DNA of 63,138 nucleotides, the filler included, from Octopus bimaculoides (taxonomy: Eukaryota): assembly GCF_001194135.2 (NCBI RefSeq). It is 6 parts of 6 records of this genome, joined end to end, with 100 filler letters (N's around TTAATTAATTAA, not from the genome) between each part and the next. Parts side by side here need not be neighbours in the genome. Positions count along the whole stretch, not along the records: positions 60,155 to 61,955 come from NW_026385559.1; positions 62,056 to 63,138 come from NW_026407537.1; 4 more parts are not named here. One strand, written 5' to 3'. Below the pieces are notes generated by a model. It ran no database searches and was not told the origin of the DNA. It was given only the letters and a program-made list of their open reading frames with translations. Both the position numbers and the translations under genes were made by a program. This document shows positions 61,211-63,138 of the stretch, piece by piece (position 1 is the first letter of the stretch; every line of letters starts with the position of its first letter).

Positions 61211-63138
61211 AACATATAAAAGCAAGACAAAAGCGAAACGATGAGGTAACTTACGAGCTAAGATGTTACATGGCCAAGTGACCGTTAGAACGTTTGTTTA
61301 CATAGAGATATAAAGGGATCAATAATATTATTCCATGGGCGTTAGGAATAAGAACGCTTGTTTACATTGAGATATAAAGGGAGGGGGTTGTAAACGTGAT
61401 GCCAAAGGTTTAAATTAAATGATTGAAATGGGGGGAGGAAGACAAATATGTTACAGTACAGAAAAACTAAAAAATCGTGAGCTAATTGCAAACTCAAAAA
61501 TGGAGGAAGGGAGAGAACTAAGGGAGTTCATCAAATAAACATTTACTATATAAAGAAAACTAATTACATATTTTATATGAAGTGAAGAAAGTGAATAAAA
61601 ATAAATAAAACATCATAGCCTAGTAATAAATTATATTATTATACGGATATTAACGTTAGTTAATGGTAAAACAAGGTACAGGATATTTATTGGAGAAGTA
61701 ATAATGATAATAATGTTCACGCTTACAAGAAGATTGGAAATACTTAGTTGAAGTCACCGAAGGCACAAACAACCTGTGTGGCATTACTAAGAAGAATTTA
61801 CTTAGCTAACTGTAGAAGGGGAAAATAAAGAACTAGTGGTGAATGAGGCAGAAATATATATATATATATGTTTATATATACATACACACACATATATATA
61901 CACACATATACACACCTACACATACACATATATACACATATGCACACCTATACATNNNNNNNNNNNNNNNNNNNNNNNNNNNNNNNNNNNNNNNNNNNNT
62001 TAATTAATTAANNNNNNNNNNNNNNNNNNNNNNNNNNNNNNNNNNNNNNNNNNNNTGTTGAAGTAGAGTAGGTTTCCTTGAATTCTCTCAGCAATTTACT
62101 TGAAATCATGGCAAGGCTGGTAGAGGAAAACCAATGAGTTGCTGAAGCAAACGGTTTATTTTCTTCTTTTCATTATATGTGATGAAGTTGGAGGGGTAAT
62201 ATAATGGTTGTAGCAAACATTTCATAAAAGTAAAGCAAATAACTAATAAATAAATGTAACTTACTAAGTTGTTGTTAACATGTTTATTCATTTGTTTCAA
62301 AATAAGAAGAAAAAGTATTAGTGATTTTGGTCAGATTTTTTTCTAATTTAGAAAACAATTTTTTAGCATTTGTAATTTTATGTGTTAAACCTTTAATATG
62401 CATTGATCAAGAGATAATATAAAAGAAACTGACAAAGCATTATTATTTTTAATTAGGCATAAAATATTCACACATAATGATAGGCACACAATGAAACAAA
62501 TAGCCAAGATACAATTGTTTCCTGTTTAATGTATGATCTTTATGACTGTTCATAGAGAGTCACTATACTCTTTCATATTCCTCACACAATGAAAAGTTAC
62601 AATACCAAACCTCACACTGTCTCCCCTCACAGATATACACAATGAATGCTATTTACATCAAGAGAGTCACCAACCATCACCAACCAGGAGGTATTTATTT
62701 ATCACTGCAATGTTTGCAAGATGAGCACTTACATACATTGCACAGCCTCCAAGCTCTCTTCCCTCCCAAACTGCTTGCTGGTCCCTTGCCACGATATGTC
62801 TTTACACACTTTTCAGATTCTTCCAAGTAACCAGTCCTTTAAAAGGTTCCAGAAAGTATTACTCCTATTAGTAAAGTTCAGGTTTTCCTGCAACTCTACA
62901 CTGCATACATATACAAAGAATACACCTCCCTAATGCTTCTTCTTCACCTCACCCATATCACTACCATATATGCACATTCACCAAATACAAAATCTGATCA
63001 TCATTATTCCAATCCAACCACTCCTAATGTTATACCTTTCATTTTACTCAAGCAGTTAGCTTCAGAGTTAGCACTCATCATCTTTACTAAACTCTTTAGT
63101 CATTAAGTACACTATTTACATTAGTTGGACTGTACTAT

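Noticed and set aside
1-63138. tRNA, rRNA, CRISPR arrays or prokaryotic systems
   Set aside because: None seen. The tRNA-like A/B boxes all belong to SINE heads.

Overview
Eukaryotic, AT-rich genomic DNA with many N gaps. The SINE families and dense microsatellites suggest a coleoid cephalopod, probably Octopus (inference, not a database result). Six assembly pieces are joined by artificial 100-bp spacers (44 N + TTAATTAATTAA + 44 N). Only one host exon is recognisable: a 131-nt plus-strand exon of a histidine acid phosphatase, most like ACP6 (56757-56887). Nearly all ORFs in the supplied track are microsatellite or gap artefacts. The rest is layered transposon debris: two abundant tRNA-type SINE families; R4/Dong, RTE, L1/Tx1 and Penelope-like retroelement fragments; and hAT, Tc1, mariner, pogo-like and piggyBac-like DNA elements. 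The main hidden signal is a set of unrelated type I hammerhead ribozyme folds of the Penelope-like/retrozyme kind. Three have all catalytic-core bases and their helices (628-686 minus, 20492-20554 plus, 61120-61210 minus) and several others are decayed. One sits in a 417-bp-period direct repeat and two form a head-to-head palindrome. Also notable: a diverged inverted duplication carrying an open reading frame (60230-60633), tandem perfect RFX X-boxes split by a piggyBac-like MITE, a near-perfect inverted pair of young SINEs, and CpG content that switches at the assembly joins. All RNA folds were paired by hand and none was computed or tested.
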